Assembly: GCA_963693365.1 (NCBI GenBank)
Contig: CAVNZM010000010.1
Coordinates: 1,798,001-1,862,000 of the forward strand
Direction of reading: 5' to 3'
DNA: 64,000 nt
From: Amoebidium appalachense
Taxonomy: Eukaryota > Protista > Ichthyosporea
The position numbers and the translations under genes are program-made. Below the pieces are notes generated by a model. That model saw only the letters and a list, made by a program, of their open reading frames with translations. It was not told where the DNA came from and searched no databases. Each line of letters opens with the position of its first letter. The first letter of the stretch is position 1. Positions 13,376 to 30,447 of the stretch are shown here, piece by piece.

Positions 13376-16300
13376 GAAGGGGTGGGTGGTGGGTGAATTT
13401 TATCGGGGGCGGGCGGGTGGAGGGGAAGGGGGGGGGGGGGGGGGGGGGGGCTTACCATTTTTTTTTCTCTCTTCTTTTTTTTCAAGTCTCATTAGAAATA
13501 TATTACAAGCATCTAACTTACTTAGTGAAGCATGTTGATGTAACTCCTTTTAACTCATATTATTTCTGTAGCTCAATTGGTAGGGCATAATATTTATAAT
13601 TTTTCTCGGTATTTTAATTCTTTTTTCATATTTCTTTTTCTTTTCGTTTGCTTGGGTTGTTTGTTTGTTTGTCTAATTTGTTTCTCTTGTTTTTGGTTGG
13701 TTGGTTGGTGGCGTGGTTGGTTGGTTTGGGAGGTATGTCTTGTTTAGGGAGATTATTATTACTATTACTATCATTATTTTAGGGGGGGGGGGGAGGGGGT
13801 TGAAATCTCGAATTGGTGACGTATTACCTGTCTGTTTGTTGTCTATGGCACAAGGGTTGTTGCTATGGGTACCGTTTATGGATTATGGATCCTAGAAACT
13901 TTGTGTGTTCAACGGTATACATATTAGCTCGCGTTTTCATTTATAGTGGTAGATAGCCAGGCGGATTGGAAATATTAGCCAGAGCGTAATTCATGTTAGA
14001 TACCCACTTGCCCAAATATGGTTAGTTGTGGCATCTATCAAATTGCGTTCTGGTATAGGATTGGCTTTTTCATGGTCTTTCTGAATTTCAGGGGAGAGGG
14101 GAAAAAAAAAAACACACAGACACACAAATAGAATAGGTGGGATATTGCATGTATCCCTGCTTAGAATGGTTTTCTTGCATTGACTTCACGAAATTTCTCC
14201 AAAACAATAATGGTATTTGGGCAAGATATTACATAGGATGTCACAAATTTATATATATCACAGGTAGATAAAACAGCACATAACCTTATATGAGAAGTAT
14301 TGTTCACATCGAAAATAGGTTGCATAATTATTCCCATTTATGGTAGCCATTGTTAGTAAATAGCTAAATGGTTCCTAGTCTAGAATGAGTAGTTTGTCAT
14401 ATGTACCCCCTCGTCTGTAACGATGTCACATGCATCACAGACTTACCATGGATTCACGTATTATGAGAACTTGCTCATATAACGGTCTGTAGGGGGGGGG
14501 GGGGGGGGGGGGGCTATTGTGTCGGGGGTTTTTCATACTCTCAGATGAAGTTCAAATGTGCACCTTGTGTCAGAATTTCACCGGGTATCCAACAATTTCA
14601 TCCCGAAATAAATGATGACATGAGAAAACTGAACACTTCCGATGTGCACGCGATAATCCAGAAGGTTTATCAACACCAATTCTTTCCATATTTGCTGGGA
14701 TCATGTTTGTATCCCCCCCCCCCCCTCTCGATCCTCGGAGTCTCATTGAATTCCCGAATTCCCCCCCTAAAAATTTCCACTGGCTAAATTCGAATGCCCC
14801 CCCGGCCTCCCCGGCCCCCCCTTCCCCTTCCCCCCTCCCCCCTCCCCCCTCCCCTCCCCTCCCCCGCGCCCCCGACCCGTGCGCATGCACTCAACCACAC
14901 CCACGCCACACACACACACACATACATACACACACACACCTACCCGTCCCTCCCCCCTGCTGTTATCCAAATATGCGGCCCCACCCACCCCTCCACGCTC
15001 CCTCTCCCTCCCACTGGTTTGCACCCCAGTGAGACACATGCATGTACATGTGAATGTTGACCTGATCCCCCCCCCCCCCCCTCCCCCCCCCCCCCCCCCC
15101 CCCCCCATCTCAACCCCACCACCCCTCATGTGCTGTATGAGGTCGTAGCCCAATGTATTTCCGAGAAAATGGCTGGCTGGAACCCACTCCTCCACTTTAA
15201 CCAGCAAATTAATGGCATTTCGGTCTCCCAGGCTAAATTTGTAACGATGTTATCATCCCCCAAAAGCGCTTTTTTGTCCTAAAGCATATATCCCCTGAAT
15301 CCTTATAATTTTTACAATTTTCTTTCGTAGAAATGTTTATATAATTAATAGTCCTGCAGGCGGTGCTGCAGTCAACAAAGATAGCAAACTAACAGTTCCA
15401 AAACCAACCTTTTCAATGATGGTTTGCCACCTGCCAAAAATAGCACGTAAGAAATTGTTGATTGGGGAACACCTGCAATCTTGCTACCTGAACCTTAACC
15501 ACAAGCCGAGGTAAACCCCCAACAGCCTAGAACCCTTGTTGGGCAAGGTATCAGCAACACTCTTTCGATCACACACGTAGACACCCCCCCCCCCCCCCCC
15601 CCCCCTCCCCCCTCCCCCCCCTCCTTGTCTCGGCCTTCCCCTCGCGCCTCCCCCATCAATGAATACCACCAACTTTCACTTGTGCATGTCCCCTTTTTCC
15701 CTCGGTGCCATGCATGTGTCAATCTAGCAGCACATGTGTGCACATGCTTCGATCTAAACAGTGTATTAACAGGGTGATTGGCTGTGGCAGTCCCCATTCA
15801 TCCAATGCATATGGGCAGCTCAAATGCAATACAAGTAGTGGTATGGAACCACTAGCATTGATGCGTGTTGGTGGCCGTAATATCTGGTAGGACCAATGGA
15901 TGCTGGTGGGTAAATCAAATGGGGTGGGTGCTAACCAAATGTGGTCACACCAATGGGTGTCGGCGGTGCTAACTATATATGGTACGACCAATAAATGTTT
16001 GTGATAAAGTCATCGACTCAGCAACTCAGTCTTTTTCTACGCCTCATATTCCCCCCCCCCCCCCCCCTCCCCCCCCCCCCCCCCCCCCCCCCTTCCCCTT
16101 CCCATCAATCCCTCTCAAACCAGGCTCCCCAACCCCCGGGCTCCTTCCGGCTCCCTCTTTCCCCCCCCCCCCCCCCCCCCCCCCCCCCGCTTCCCGGCAC
16201 CCTATAGATAGACTCATGTTTACCACCTTCTTATGAGCACACCCCCTTCCCGAGCCCCTCTATCCCCCTTCTGCCCCATTCCCCCCCCCCCCCCCCCCAC

Positions 16301-17368
16301 CCACCCACCCATCCACCCACCCAACCACCCACTCCCACCACCACCACCGCCGCCAACACCACCACCATGGTGCAGTCGGAGCCCACCCCACACACTGACT
16401 TACACAGGCACATCACATACTTGCACTACTTAAACACACTTTGCACTAACTGTGTACACGCTTCAGTGGTACCGGTGGTGGTGCACGTGGCGGGCCTCAA
16501 ACTAGATTTCGAGTTGGGTGAGGCGTATGTTTGACTAATACTACTAGCTTATTTTTTCGTTATTTCCCCTCCCCCCCCCCCTCCCCCTGCAAACCCCCCC
16601 CCCCTCCCCCCCACCTCCCCCAAATCAAAAAAAAAGAAAAAAAAAGAAAAAAAGAAGAAACAAAAGACTCATGCACACACCTTTCTCACAGCCACCAGGT
16701 ACTATTGCATTTTAAGTTAACATCATTTAGTTACTGATTGTGACCATGGCTCGCTTTTGATTTCGTGCCCCCCCCCCCCCCCCCCCCCCCCCCCTCCCCA
16801 CGGCCCCCCCCCCCCCCCAGTCCCCTCCACCCCGTCCTCTCAAATTACCCTGACCTTTTTCCACCCCAGCACAGCTGACACGTAATGCCATATTTATCCC
16901 TGCCCTCCCTCCCCCCCCCCCCCCCCCACCCCCTTCATACTTCTCAGAGTCTCCCTTTACACGCGCACACACGCGCGCACACACGCGCGCACGGACACAC
17001 ACACACGAACACACACACACACACACACGTGCACGCGCGCGCGCGCACGCACGCGCGCAAGTACACAGTGAACGCACACACATGAGCAAGCGCACACAGA
17101 GGGCAACTGAATTCCAACTCGCCGCAAGCAACTTCACCCTGTGTGACTTTCTGCAAAGAATTGGACGGCCAGAAGGCGGCAACTGCAAAAAAAAAAAAAG
17201 GAAAAAGAAAAGCAAAGAAAAAAACTGTGATTCACTGCTGCACGGCCTTGTTCATGCACTTACACCTTCTCACGGCCCGGCGCAGGTGGTGGTGGTGTGT
17301 GGGGGTGGGGAAGGGGGTACAAGGGGAGGGGATTAGAGAGACGGGGGAGGGGTGGGGGGAGGTAGAGA

Positions 17369-17402
<34 letters not shown>

Positions 17403-17429
17403 AGGGAGGGAGGGAGGGAGGGAGGGAGG

Positions 17430-17506
<77 letters not shown>

Positions 17507-18396
17507 GGAGGGAGAGAAGGAGGGGGAGGGGGGGGGGGCAGGGAGGGAGGGAGCAAGGAAAGGAGGGAGGGAGGAAGGGAGGGAGAGAGGGTGGGGGGGG
17601 GGGGGGGGGAGCGAGAGAGAGTGTGAGGGAGAGAGATAGAGGGAGAGAGAGAGCCTCGGGGGGGGGGGGGGGGGGGGGGGGAGAGAGGGAGAGAGAGGGG
17701 GGGGGGAGGGGGGGTGCACGTGGCCTCTATACGTGTTTAGTGTTGGCCACTGGTGGTGAAGGCAAAGATGGATAAGGATGCTCGGATATGGGGCAGAGGT
17801 TGTTTTGTGTTTTGGATGGATTCTGTGTGCTCGCGCATGATTGGAGATTAGTGAAAATCTCCTTTTAAGGTAAATTGCACATATGTACCTGCAAAACCGT
17901 GAACAAAGCAATACATTGCTTTGAATTTCAGTTATCATTTAAGGACACGTCTATGTATGGTAGAGATTTTGCCATATACAAATGCCCTTTTACTAGCACT
18001 ATACTAAGTATAAACATGAAACAAAGGGTGGCCAAATACAGACTTCCAGTCAGACATATGACAAAACGTGTTAAAGGGTGCTACGCCTTAAGATTTGAAT
18101 GCCGGCCCTGTGCCTCATTTCCCAGCTAAGCCTTGGTACATGATTTACTTCGTCATGTGGATTAAGGTCAGCTGAAATAATGACAAACCAAACGGGAATG
18201 GCTGAAAGCATTCCTAATTAGGTTTAGTATTTCGACCACGCAGATGGTGTCACCGCAATAGCGCAATGATGGCTTGGTCCAAATATGACAAAATCCTTTT
18301 ATATGCATTTTCTTTATCAGGTGTGCAAACGAGAAATACAGGCACAGACGGTGTGCACTGCACATGGCATGCATGTGGTGTAGCTGCACACGCACG

Positions 18397-18518
<122 letters not shown>

Positions 18519-19037
18519 CCACCCACTTGACCCACCTGCAGCTGGAGTCAAGCCACGGCCTTGTTGCAAACAGCTGCTCACGTACGTTTAGGGGGCTGAA
18601 TCAGCTGGAGGGAGACCGACGATTCTACTTATGCGCCACTGACATATGCCATGTGATCGGCCAGCTGCAGCATGAGCATCCATGGTTACATGTACACGTG
18701 CACCCATGCACATAATTTACTGCTTTTATATATTAATGCTTCTACTCAGCGATCTATATATACACCACTTAAATAATACCATGATTATATATGAGATATA
18801 TACTATGATGTTGATACTGCAATGCAGACACAGCAGCAGCGCTGGCAGTCTGGGCCATGCCGGGTACTGTGACTCCCAGTCCACTCCCGCACGCACGGCC
18901 CTCTGAAAAAAGAGGGCCGTGACTCCCGGCCAGGTTTCAGCCTAAATTTAGCTGCAGCTGGGCGCTCACGTGCGTAGCACAATGAACCTGACGTCACAAT
19001 GTGAAAGAACGTGATTAGTGATCATTAGCATTCGCAG

Positions 19038-19140
19038 CCCTGATCAGACAAACACATACCATGCAAGATGACAGTCACAGGTGTCTTAGACACCCCACCC
19101 CTGATCAGACAAACACATAACATGCAAGATGACAGTTACA
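19038..19140. repeat. Two 42-bp direct repeats separated by a 19-nt spacer containing a hairpin
   Basis: ccctgatcagacaaacacata(c/a)catgcaagatgacagt(c/t)aca at 19038 and 19099. The spacer contains GGTGTC-tta-GACACC. Confidence 0.85.
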
Positions 19141-19459
19141 CCTCCACGACAGGATGGTCCGTGCGAATTTGAACCCTCACTCCAGCGAATGTATTCATCA
19201 TGCAATGTATGAGCTGAATAGTGTGAGAATAGCAATTATAATTGTTGTATAATAGCTTTTTAGCTGGCACTGACCAGAGAGATATTTATTCTCCAACTAA
19301 CGAGCGGATATGTACATGTAGTAGTAGTGTGCGTCGGACGATGATTCATTATGGCTCTGAAAGCTCTGAATCGGCCTGCTGTTGACACGTCATGCCATTG
19401 AAAAATTCGCGAATATGGCCCCACAGGCCATAGCCAGGCGTCTAGACTGCCATGATCTT

Positions 19460-19526
<67 letters not shown>

Positions 19527-20643
19527 GGGTAAACAGCGTAAACCCCCCATGATCATGTGTCACAGTGCAATATCTTGGAACTTCTAGATCTAAGAACAGT
19601 TGAGAACATATACGTATGTACATGTATATAAGCCTGAATGGCCTTCGAATTCTATTTGAGATGCATATGCATGCATGATTGGCCATGGAGTTATCCAATA
19701 TTGGACATGCAATAGCTGCGTTTTACCTCTTTGGTCATATAGGCCTAGGGTCTACAATTGCATGGAAAAAGAACTACACATATACAGTCGCACACCTGTC
19801 CCACTGGCCTCACGACTATTTTTTATCGACCCCCGGGCAGCTCCCCCGGGCGTCCTGTGCACGTGTCCTGACTCCTGAGAGGCTGAGGCATCGCATGTAC
19901 GTATGCATGTGATGCAAGAAACGTGCGCCAAGTACTGCCGGGCCGTTGGAGCGATGCATACTGTGTATGTACAGTCTCCCCTCGAGTTCGTTCTACAATT
20001 TAATTATTCGGCACTGCCCAGTATTTACAGACCTGTTTCCTGCAAGCTTCCTGCAAGTCCTTTTAAACTAACGGACTCACAGTATACGTAGGGCCTCCTT
20101 TCGTTAAAGCTAGTCACATCATTATGGTGTAGAGAGGACAATCATGAAAACGTATCCGTCACAGACTCGGCGATGTCGGCATATGCATGCATCCGGATCC
20201 CTCGTGACATGCGGCACATGCCCACGTACAAAAGCAGGAATCCTGCAGGATGCGCTCGTAATCTGTTTAGCAGTGCGAAATGCTTCTTTGATTGGTTAGG
20301 AGCTCACCTCACACATGATTGGCTATCCTAAAACGAACAGCGTACCGATAGGAAGGCCGAATTCTTACAGTTGAAAAACACGAATTGAAAACTGTCGTAT
20401 TGCATGCATACAGACCATTTTTTATACACATTCTAAATGAATTAATATAGCTTAAATATTTAAGTTTCTTTTTATCCGATATATTTATGTATATTTGTCC
20501 CAGTTTTTAGGGTATAAGACACCCTAATCTCATGCTAACATTCAGTGAGCCGCTCGTAACTCTTATGCAATCGTTTGTAGTTGCAAGAACGATTCCTATT
20601 GGTTCGCATACAATACACGCATTGTTTACCCCCCCAAAAAAGC

Positions 20644-20650
20644 TATAAAA
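20644..20650 (+). promoter_or_regulatory. TATA box of the carbonic anhydrase gene
   Basis: TATAAAA about 120 nt upstream of the ATG at 20769, with an inverted CCAAT (ATTGG) near 20598. Confidence 0.55.
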
Positions 20651-20768
20651 ACCCACATTCAAACGTTGCATAAGCCACACTCGCCGCAAGGCGTCATCCC
20701 ACACACGCAACACCGTTGACAAATCCCAGTGAAACGGCGCCCCCTTCGCCTTCTCCTGCCCTACCACC

Positions 20769-22833
<2,065 letters not shown>

Positions 22834-23703
22834 GGGGATATACTTTGATATTCTTGTAAATCCAGGATATTTACTTGGATATTCCTGTAGGTGGACAGAT
22901 GGTGAGGGGGTGGGATAGAGAAAAGGTAGAGAGGACAGGGGTCTAGTTAGCGTTGGTGTGCGCCCATGTGGTTAAGAAAATACCAATTGGGTGATATACC
23001 ACACTTAATCATGTAGATAACTGGTTAGGGGGATGGGATAAACTGTTAATTAATGGGGAGGTAAGGGGGTGAAGTGGGTGTCTAATAGGTGCCCGGGAAC
23101 GTGATCTCATTGTGAACATCAAGACCAAGAACGCAGTGTACAGTCCATATATGCTCAATAAATGGTCGTAAAAATACTTGCAGCTGTGAGAATCCCTTCA
23201 TCCCCTTCCTCTCTCTCCTCCTCTCACTACGCCTACACCGAAGCACTCCCAGCACACATCTCCCGTAACCAAGGTAGCCCCCCCCCCCCCCCCCCCCCCC
23301 CCCTTCTACCCCTCCCCCCTTCTCCTCCGCTCATCCTCCCCCCCTCCCTCCCCCTCCAACAACCCCCCCCCCCCTTCCCCGGCCCGACAGTAGCCGCCAC
23401 CCGCCCATCTTCCCTGCCCATCCACACATGCATGCATACTGTACACACACATGCACACAAACATATCAAATCCAACAATCCACCCAAATTCCCATATTGA
23501 TTCCTCATACCCCGCTAACCCATGCATACCTGTGGGTAACTAGGCGCCCTCCAAACACTGCAGTAATTCCATTCCAAATTTACGAATAGATGATTGGCTA
23601 GGTCGTAAAGTATGGTATGCAACCCTAAAGCTACACAAACAGTGTCTCCCCTCACCAATCGAACAACCTAGCACCAACAACATCACATGCGCACACACAC
23701 AGG

Positions 23704-23805
<102 letters not shown>

Positions 23806-24426
23806 CACATTCCCCCCCCCCCCCCCCCCTTCCCGGGACACACCCACACTCACATTCACACACATACGCACACACACACACACACACACACAAACGCACA
23901 CACGCACACACACACACGCACACACACACCCATGCTCAAGTCCCTTAATCGATTTAGTCCCCCCCTCCCCCCCCCCCCCACCCACCCACCCCCGCACACA
24001 AACACACGGTTATTTGTTTGCCTAGCCTACAAATGTTCTATCACAGCACTGTTTCTTTTCCTTTTTTAGTACCTTACATTCATAAAACGTTTGTCATCTT
24101 CAAGTATTGTCAACCCTCCCCCCTCCCCCCTCCCCCCTTCGGCGTTCCCTGCCCACCATCCCCTCTCCCCCCAGGTCCTCCCTCCCCCCTGCCCGCCCAC
24201 CCGCCTTCACGGAAAAACACCCCTTCCAACCTCCCCCACTCCCCCCACCCCCACCCCCCACCCCCACCTATACACACCCCAGCCCATCCCCCCACTCTCA
24301 CATACACGGAAACAAACACACACATCATGAACCAATCTCCCTCTGTTCACTCATCCCTCTCTTTTTTTTCCTTCTCTCTTATTCTCAATCCTTACCTCCC
24401 TCCGTCTCCACCCCCCCCCCCCCCCC

Positions 24427-24472
<46 letters not shown>

Positions 24473-24623
24473 CCAAAAAAAAGGAAAAAAAAAAAATAGG
24501 GGGAAAGAGAGAGAGGAAAAGAAAATAAAGAATCACCACCATTACCACAACTCACCCACCCAATGCACTAATGCCATCAACATGCACACGTGCAGCCAGC
24601 TAAGGTGATACGGTGACCACCAC

Positions 24624-24665
<42 letters not shown>

Positions 24666-25103
24666 CATTCCTGTAGCTACGCCTGCTTGCATAGTGTAGT
24701 TCCTGTGGCAGCCTTTTTTTTCTTTTTCTTCCTTGGTTTTTCGTTTCCCTTTCTTTCTTTTTCTTCAATTTTCTCTCCCCATTTTCTTTTTCTTTCGTTT
24801 TTCTCCTTTGATGATGAGCATCAAAACGTTTTAACATTGTCTCCCCCTCCCCCCTCCCCCCCTCCCCCCGTTCGTTCTCTTAATTGAACCCCAGTCATGG
24901 AAACTACCCAATCTCTCCCTTCCCTTTTTCTCCCTTTTCCTACAGACAGACTGTGAACACAAACATGACCTGGTGTACGCATCAGCCTCACGGTAGCCTC
25001 GCACACACACAGCCAAAAAAGACGGACATACATAGTCGCACATACAGAGACACGTGCTCATGCACAAACACGCATGAGCACACACACATACACGCACACA
25101 AGT

Positions 25104-25142
<39 letters not shown>

Positions 25143-25162
25143 TACCCTACATGCGCGCTCAC

Positions 25163-25236
<74 letters not shown>

Positions 25237-25247
25237 ACACACATATA

Positions 25248-25288
<41 letters not shown>

Positions 25289-25373
25289 GACACACACACG
25301 AACACACACACACACACACATACACACATACACGCGCGCGCGCGCACGCACACCGACACACACACGGACACCC

Positions 25374-25404
<31 letters not shown>

Positions 25405-25419
25405 ACGCACACACGCACG

Positions 25420-25464
<45 letters not shown>

Positions 25465-25475
25465 ACACACACACA

Positions 25476-25531
<56 letters not shown>

Positions 25532-26221
25532 GGCTGGGGGGGGGGAGGGGGGAGGGACAGGGCAAGAAATGGGGAGGACGTGAAAAGAAAATCTTAGTAT
25601 TAGATTGCTGGATGTCACCAAGTCCTATTTTCATAACTTGAATGGTGTAGAGGTGTTAATCGCACACAGCTTTCAATTGCAACACCAAACACAACCTAAG
25701 ACGCAAACAAGAGAAGGGGCAGGACTTTAGATGCGGGAGGCTCCCCAGGGGGGAGGGGGAGGGCGGGGGGAGGGGTGCCGGGGAGGAGTGGAGAGGGAGG
25801 GGTAATGGGGGGGTTGGGGAAGGGAAAAGGGGAGGGGGGGGGGGGGGGGGGGGGGGATATCCCGTGTTCGTTGGGGAACGACTCAAAATATTTTCTAATT
25901 TTATTGTTTTGCTTGTTTGTTCTTTGCTTGCTTGTTCTCGGGTGTTTTCGTCTCAATCTGAAATGAATTGTGATAATTTGATAGGGCGATTTGTGATGCG
26001 CGGTTTGTTTGCCTACTAGAAGAGGGGCGGGATTGGGAAGAGGAGGTGAGCAGGGAGGAGAGGTAGGAGGGAGGGAGGGGGGGGGGGAGAGAAAATTGTT
26101 GAGAAGCAACAAAGAGGGCCTATCGGGAGGTTGGGCTGCCGAGGAAAACAGAATTTTTATCTTGGTATGCAAAGCAATGGGAGGGGGGGGGGGGGGGGGG
26201 GGAGGGAAACCGTGCGGTGGG

Positions 26222-26653
<432 letters not shown>

Positions 26654-27448
26654 AGAGAGGGGGGGAGGAGAGAGAGAAAGAGGGGGGGGGGGGGGGGGGA
26701 GGGGATAATAATATCACAGCAAAAAACAAACACAACTCTAAAGTTGTTCAGATTGCAACACCTGGTGTCTTGTTATGGAAATGCATCGAGTGTACGTGAT
26801 TTGTGTCCAATCATTGCTCTGCACAGTTGCTGTATGTTGTGTTTACATCAGTCTCTTTAATTGGCAGTTAAAATGTCTTAATTTCGTTATTCCACTAGAT
26901 ATCTGAAAGAAACACCTCAAATGAAAAAGAATTGTTGGGTTATTCCGAACAAGAAAAAAGACACAATCAAATACGTCTGATTATCTTAAGATTCCCTTTG
27001 CGAATATTACGAATTTCCCAAATCGCACGATATAGGTACTCGGTGCTATCTCCGAGCATATAACCAGGGGCCGTCAGCTTTTTAAATTTTCCATAGTATA
27101 TCTACTCGTAATATTATACTAGGAAAATTTGCAATCTCTAATTTTCAAATTTTGATGGTATATCCACTCGGATTATTTTGCCAGAAACATTTGCAATCTC
27201 TAACATTCCATGCCACAGATCTAGGGCGCAGTTACTAAATTTAGCCGTCCCGGTGACACCATTTGTTTGTTAACAAAACGGTTACGAATCTCGAAAAAAG
27301 AGCTAGATTGTCACGGATATTTGCCAGGACTACCAGCATCACTCGCATATTCGACGGGGACATACCCCATCCCCCCCTATCCCCCTACAAAAAAGAACCG
27401 ATAGTATCGGAAATCGCAAACAAAGAGGGTTAGAATATACCCTCGAAG

Positions 27449-27484
<36 letters not shown>

Positions 27485-27522
27485 ATGAGGACTGTAAACC
27501 TATCCGAAAAAATATTGCCACA

Positions 27523-29089
27523 CTACACAACATATATCACAGACTCTGCCGGAACCAGGGTAGGTACAGGCTCGTCCTTTACCGTTGTGACCCTTCGCGT
27601 CGTTGTCGTTGTGCGCGTGGTGGTGGTTGTAGGGATAACATTAAGACTTGCAGGCTTAACGTCAGCACCAACATCCGATGGTGTGAGAGGGCGATATGCA
27701 AAAGACGGGAGCTGCGAACGGGGAACATCCGGAATCAACACCCCGTTTGTCAGCTTGGTGACGATAGGAGCGCGTGAAGAAACAGATTTTGCGTATTTTG
27801 ACGGGATTTTTCCGCGGTACCAAAAGTTATTTGCGAATTTCGTGTTGCTCTCCCCTTGGTCGTAGGTGCGAATGAGCCAGTCGGCGTCAGAGTAACCGAT
27901 AAAAGTGTTGTTTTGCACCACCGAATCCTTAACCCCGAGATTTCCGGTATTACCAAACGAAATGCAATATTTACAATTAATCGCCAAATTGTTTTTCACA
28001 ACTGTCCGCACGGCGTTGTTTGCTTTACCGTTTCCGCTGCTCGCACCCTGCAGCGCAATACTCCCAAAAGTACCGGAAAACGAATATTCCCCTTCGATGT
28101 AGTTATCCAAAACGTAGTTGTCCTGCCTGTGAATCCGCACACCTCCGCACATTCTCTTTCTGTTACAAAAGAAATAGTTCCCCTTAACCGTGTTTCTATT
28201 TCCGGCGCGTACCGTCAACATAGACTCCCCACCATAAAAGGTGTTATGCGCCACCGTATTTCCGGACGACTTCATACTCACAACCTCCGGGTCGGATGCA
28301 ATGTCCTCAAACACGTTAAACTCGACCGTGCACAGAATTTCCTTGTCGTTGTTTAAGGTGCCCAGTTGCACCACCTCCCCACCATTTGCATCCCCGCTCG
28401 CCAATTTTCTCGGCCCGAAATAGTTATACCCAATATAGTGTTTGGAGCTGTCTACTTGGTTCGCCGTGGGCCCCATAGCACGCACCAACTCCCCATCATG
28501 CACCATGTTGATGAAAGTGTTCCAATCCACACGGTGGCCCGTCCCCCACAAAATTACAGCGGACGCCTTTGTAGAGCTAAATGGGTAGTGTCCGTTAATT
28601 TTATTTTGCACGAATCGACCCCCCCCTCGTGCCGCGCTCAAACGTCACGCACGCCTCTGTAGTTGATTCTTTCCCTTTGAAAATGAACCCCTGAATTTCG
28701 ACGTAGTCTCCCTGAACCGAAAACCAGCTGCTTCCCGTTAAAATGACGCACCCAGGTTTCTCCGCTTTGACAATTACTGGGTTTTTGTTGTTTCCGCTCG
28801 AACTTATAGTCATTACCGCGTTATCATAAGTTCCACAGGCAAGAGCCACCGCATCTCCGGGGTTAAGAGATTGTGAATTTACCCTCGTGTGGGAGGTAAC
28901 TCTGTAGGTACGTCCGGTAGGGACAGTGGGGTCGGGTGCTGTAATGGGCGGGTTCTTGAAGGGAAAGTCATCAACGGTAACAACTTGTCGCGACTGCCGT
29001 GAACTTTGAAATTCGTGTTCGCTTGGAGCCGCGGCGGCCTGTAACAAAAAGGTAGCCGCGAGTGCCATTCTGTGTATGCATCGAGCCAT
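27523..29089 (-). CDS. Secreted polysaccharide lyase family 6 (chondroitinase B / alginate lyase-like beta-helix); intronless; one +1 frameshift at a G8 run
   Basis: Signal peptide; LNPGDAVALACGTY...NPVIVKAEKPGCVILTG...VQGDYVEIQGFIF; NGGEVVQLG, EVVSMKSSGNTVAHNTF, LTVRAG and GGVRI motifs; Thr-rich tail. Removing one base from C8 at 28619-28626 fuses ORFs 28601..29089 and 27523..28641. Confidence 0.88.
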
Positions 29090-30397
29090 TTTTTTTCTTT
29101 CCCCCCCCCCTGCAAAGTATGTTCACCTTCTTGTGTTTAAAACGAGCTGATGATATGTTGTTTTATGAAGCACACACTGTGGCTTTGATGCTTGCTTACA
29201 GATTATGGGCCTAGGCAAATTTGGTGCCGTGCTATTTGAACATGTAAACCTAAGCTTGTTTCCGTGCTCTCAGAGTCCTTAAGGTTCTGTGTAGGTCTCC
29301 GTTTTTCATGAAGAATAACTGCCTTATGGGTGGCTTGGTTTGTGTCCTGTCGCGACTTTTATGTTCTGAGTTGCTCAACGGTTATGCCTGTTGTTTGTGT
29401 TTACTTTTGTTTATGTGCGGCAAACGGAGGTGCAGAGGCGATTGTACCCCCTTAACTAAGAATTTCGACCCGCAATTTGAATTTGTTTTGCACTACACGA
29501 ACTTTAGAACATCTAATATTCGTAGTTAACGTCTCATGTCTTCTAACTAAAACCCATGAATACATTACTAGTAGTTTTATAGTATTCATCATGCAGTGGA
29601 AATTAAATTGATTGCTTCTGTACATGGAATATTGTAACCCACAAAAAAGTAATTTGTGCACTTTGACGAGACCCCGTTACAGAACTAGTTTGGGAGATAC
29701 ATAGATCGAAAATAGTCCACGAATAATCAAACAGATCTATTTTGATTGGTCAGGAGAGCACCCTTCTCTATCCAATCATATGCGGTTTTAAAATTTCCGC
29801 ACTGTTGTTGCCGCACCGGCTCCAGACGTGGCACTGGTCTGCCAGACCGAGATTTTTCCCTTCTTTCCTTGAAACGAAAATGACAAAACATGTCAGTCAT
29901 AAAGAGATTTGGGCAATACAACGTATTTTTGATGATGTGATTCATTTTGGTTTTACTAAATTCGGAGCAACTAATTTATTATAACCAGTTGCTCTTTCTC
30001 GGCTATGAGTCTATGACTGTGTTTTTTTGTGCACGCACCGTACGCGTACAGACTGTAGATGTACGTGCTCGTTACAGCAGCAGCTGCATGACTGCCTGCA
30101 TCACCAAGGAATTCGAGCTGACGGAAGTCTAATAATAGCAGTAACGTAATGTAGCGTGCAAGCATGTCACTAAACAATCAATAACGCAGATCCAACCATC
30201 GCCAACGATCCAGCAAATTCTCCTCTGATATCGATGTCATGCGTGATTCTTCCACGTCACGGCAGAACATAGTTTGTACGTCTAATAAAAAATAGATAGA
30301 CCGTAAACACAACATCTTCTTCACATGTCTCGGCCGAATTCATGCAGCTTTGTAAGCGTCAGCAAGCCCATGTTGTTAGATCTTCATTCATTTGTGG

Positions 30398-30399
<2 letters not shown>

Positions 30400-30447
<48 letters not shown>

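Noticed and set aside
13568-13588. tRNA-like GTAGCTCAATTGGTAGGGCA
   Set aside because: Only a D-arm-like fragment; no anticodon or T arm follows.
19038-19140. CRISPR-like repeat-spacer-repeat
   Set aside because: Only two repeats, a 19-nt spacer, no cas genes and a eukaryotic context.
27523-29089. Bacterial contamination as the explanation for PL6
   Set aside because: The gene is flanked by the same poly-C and microsatellite-type DNA as the rest of the window and has an AAAATG start context with no operon neighbours.
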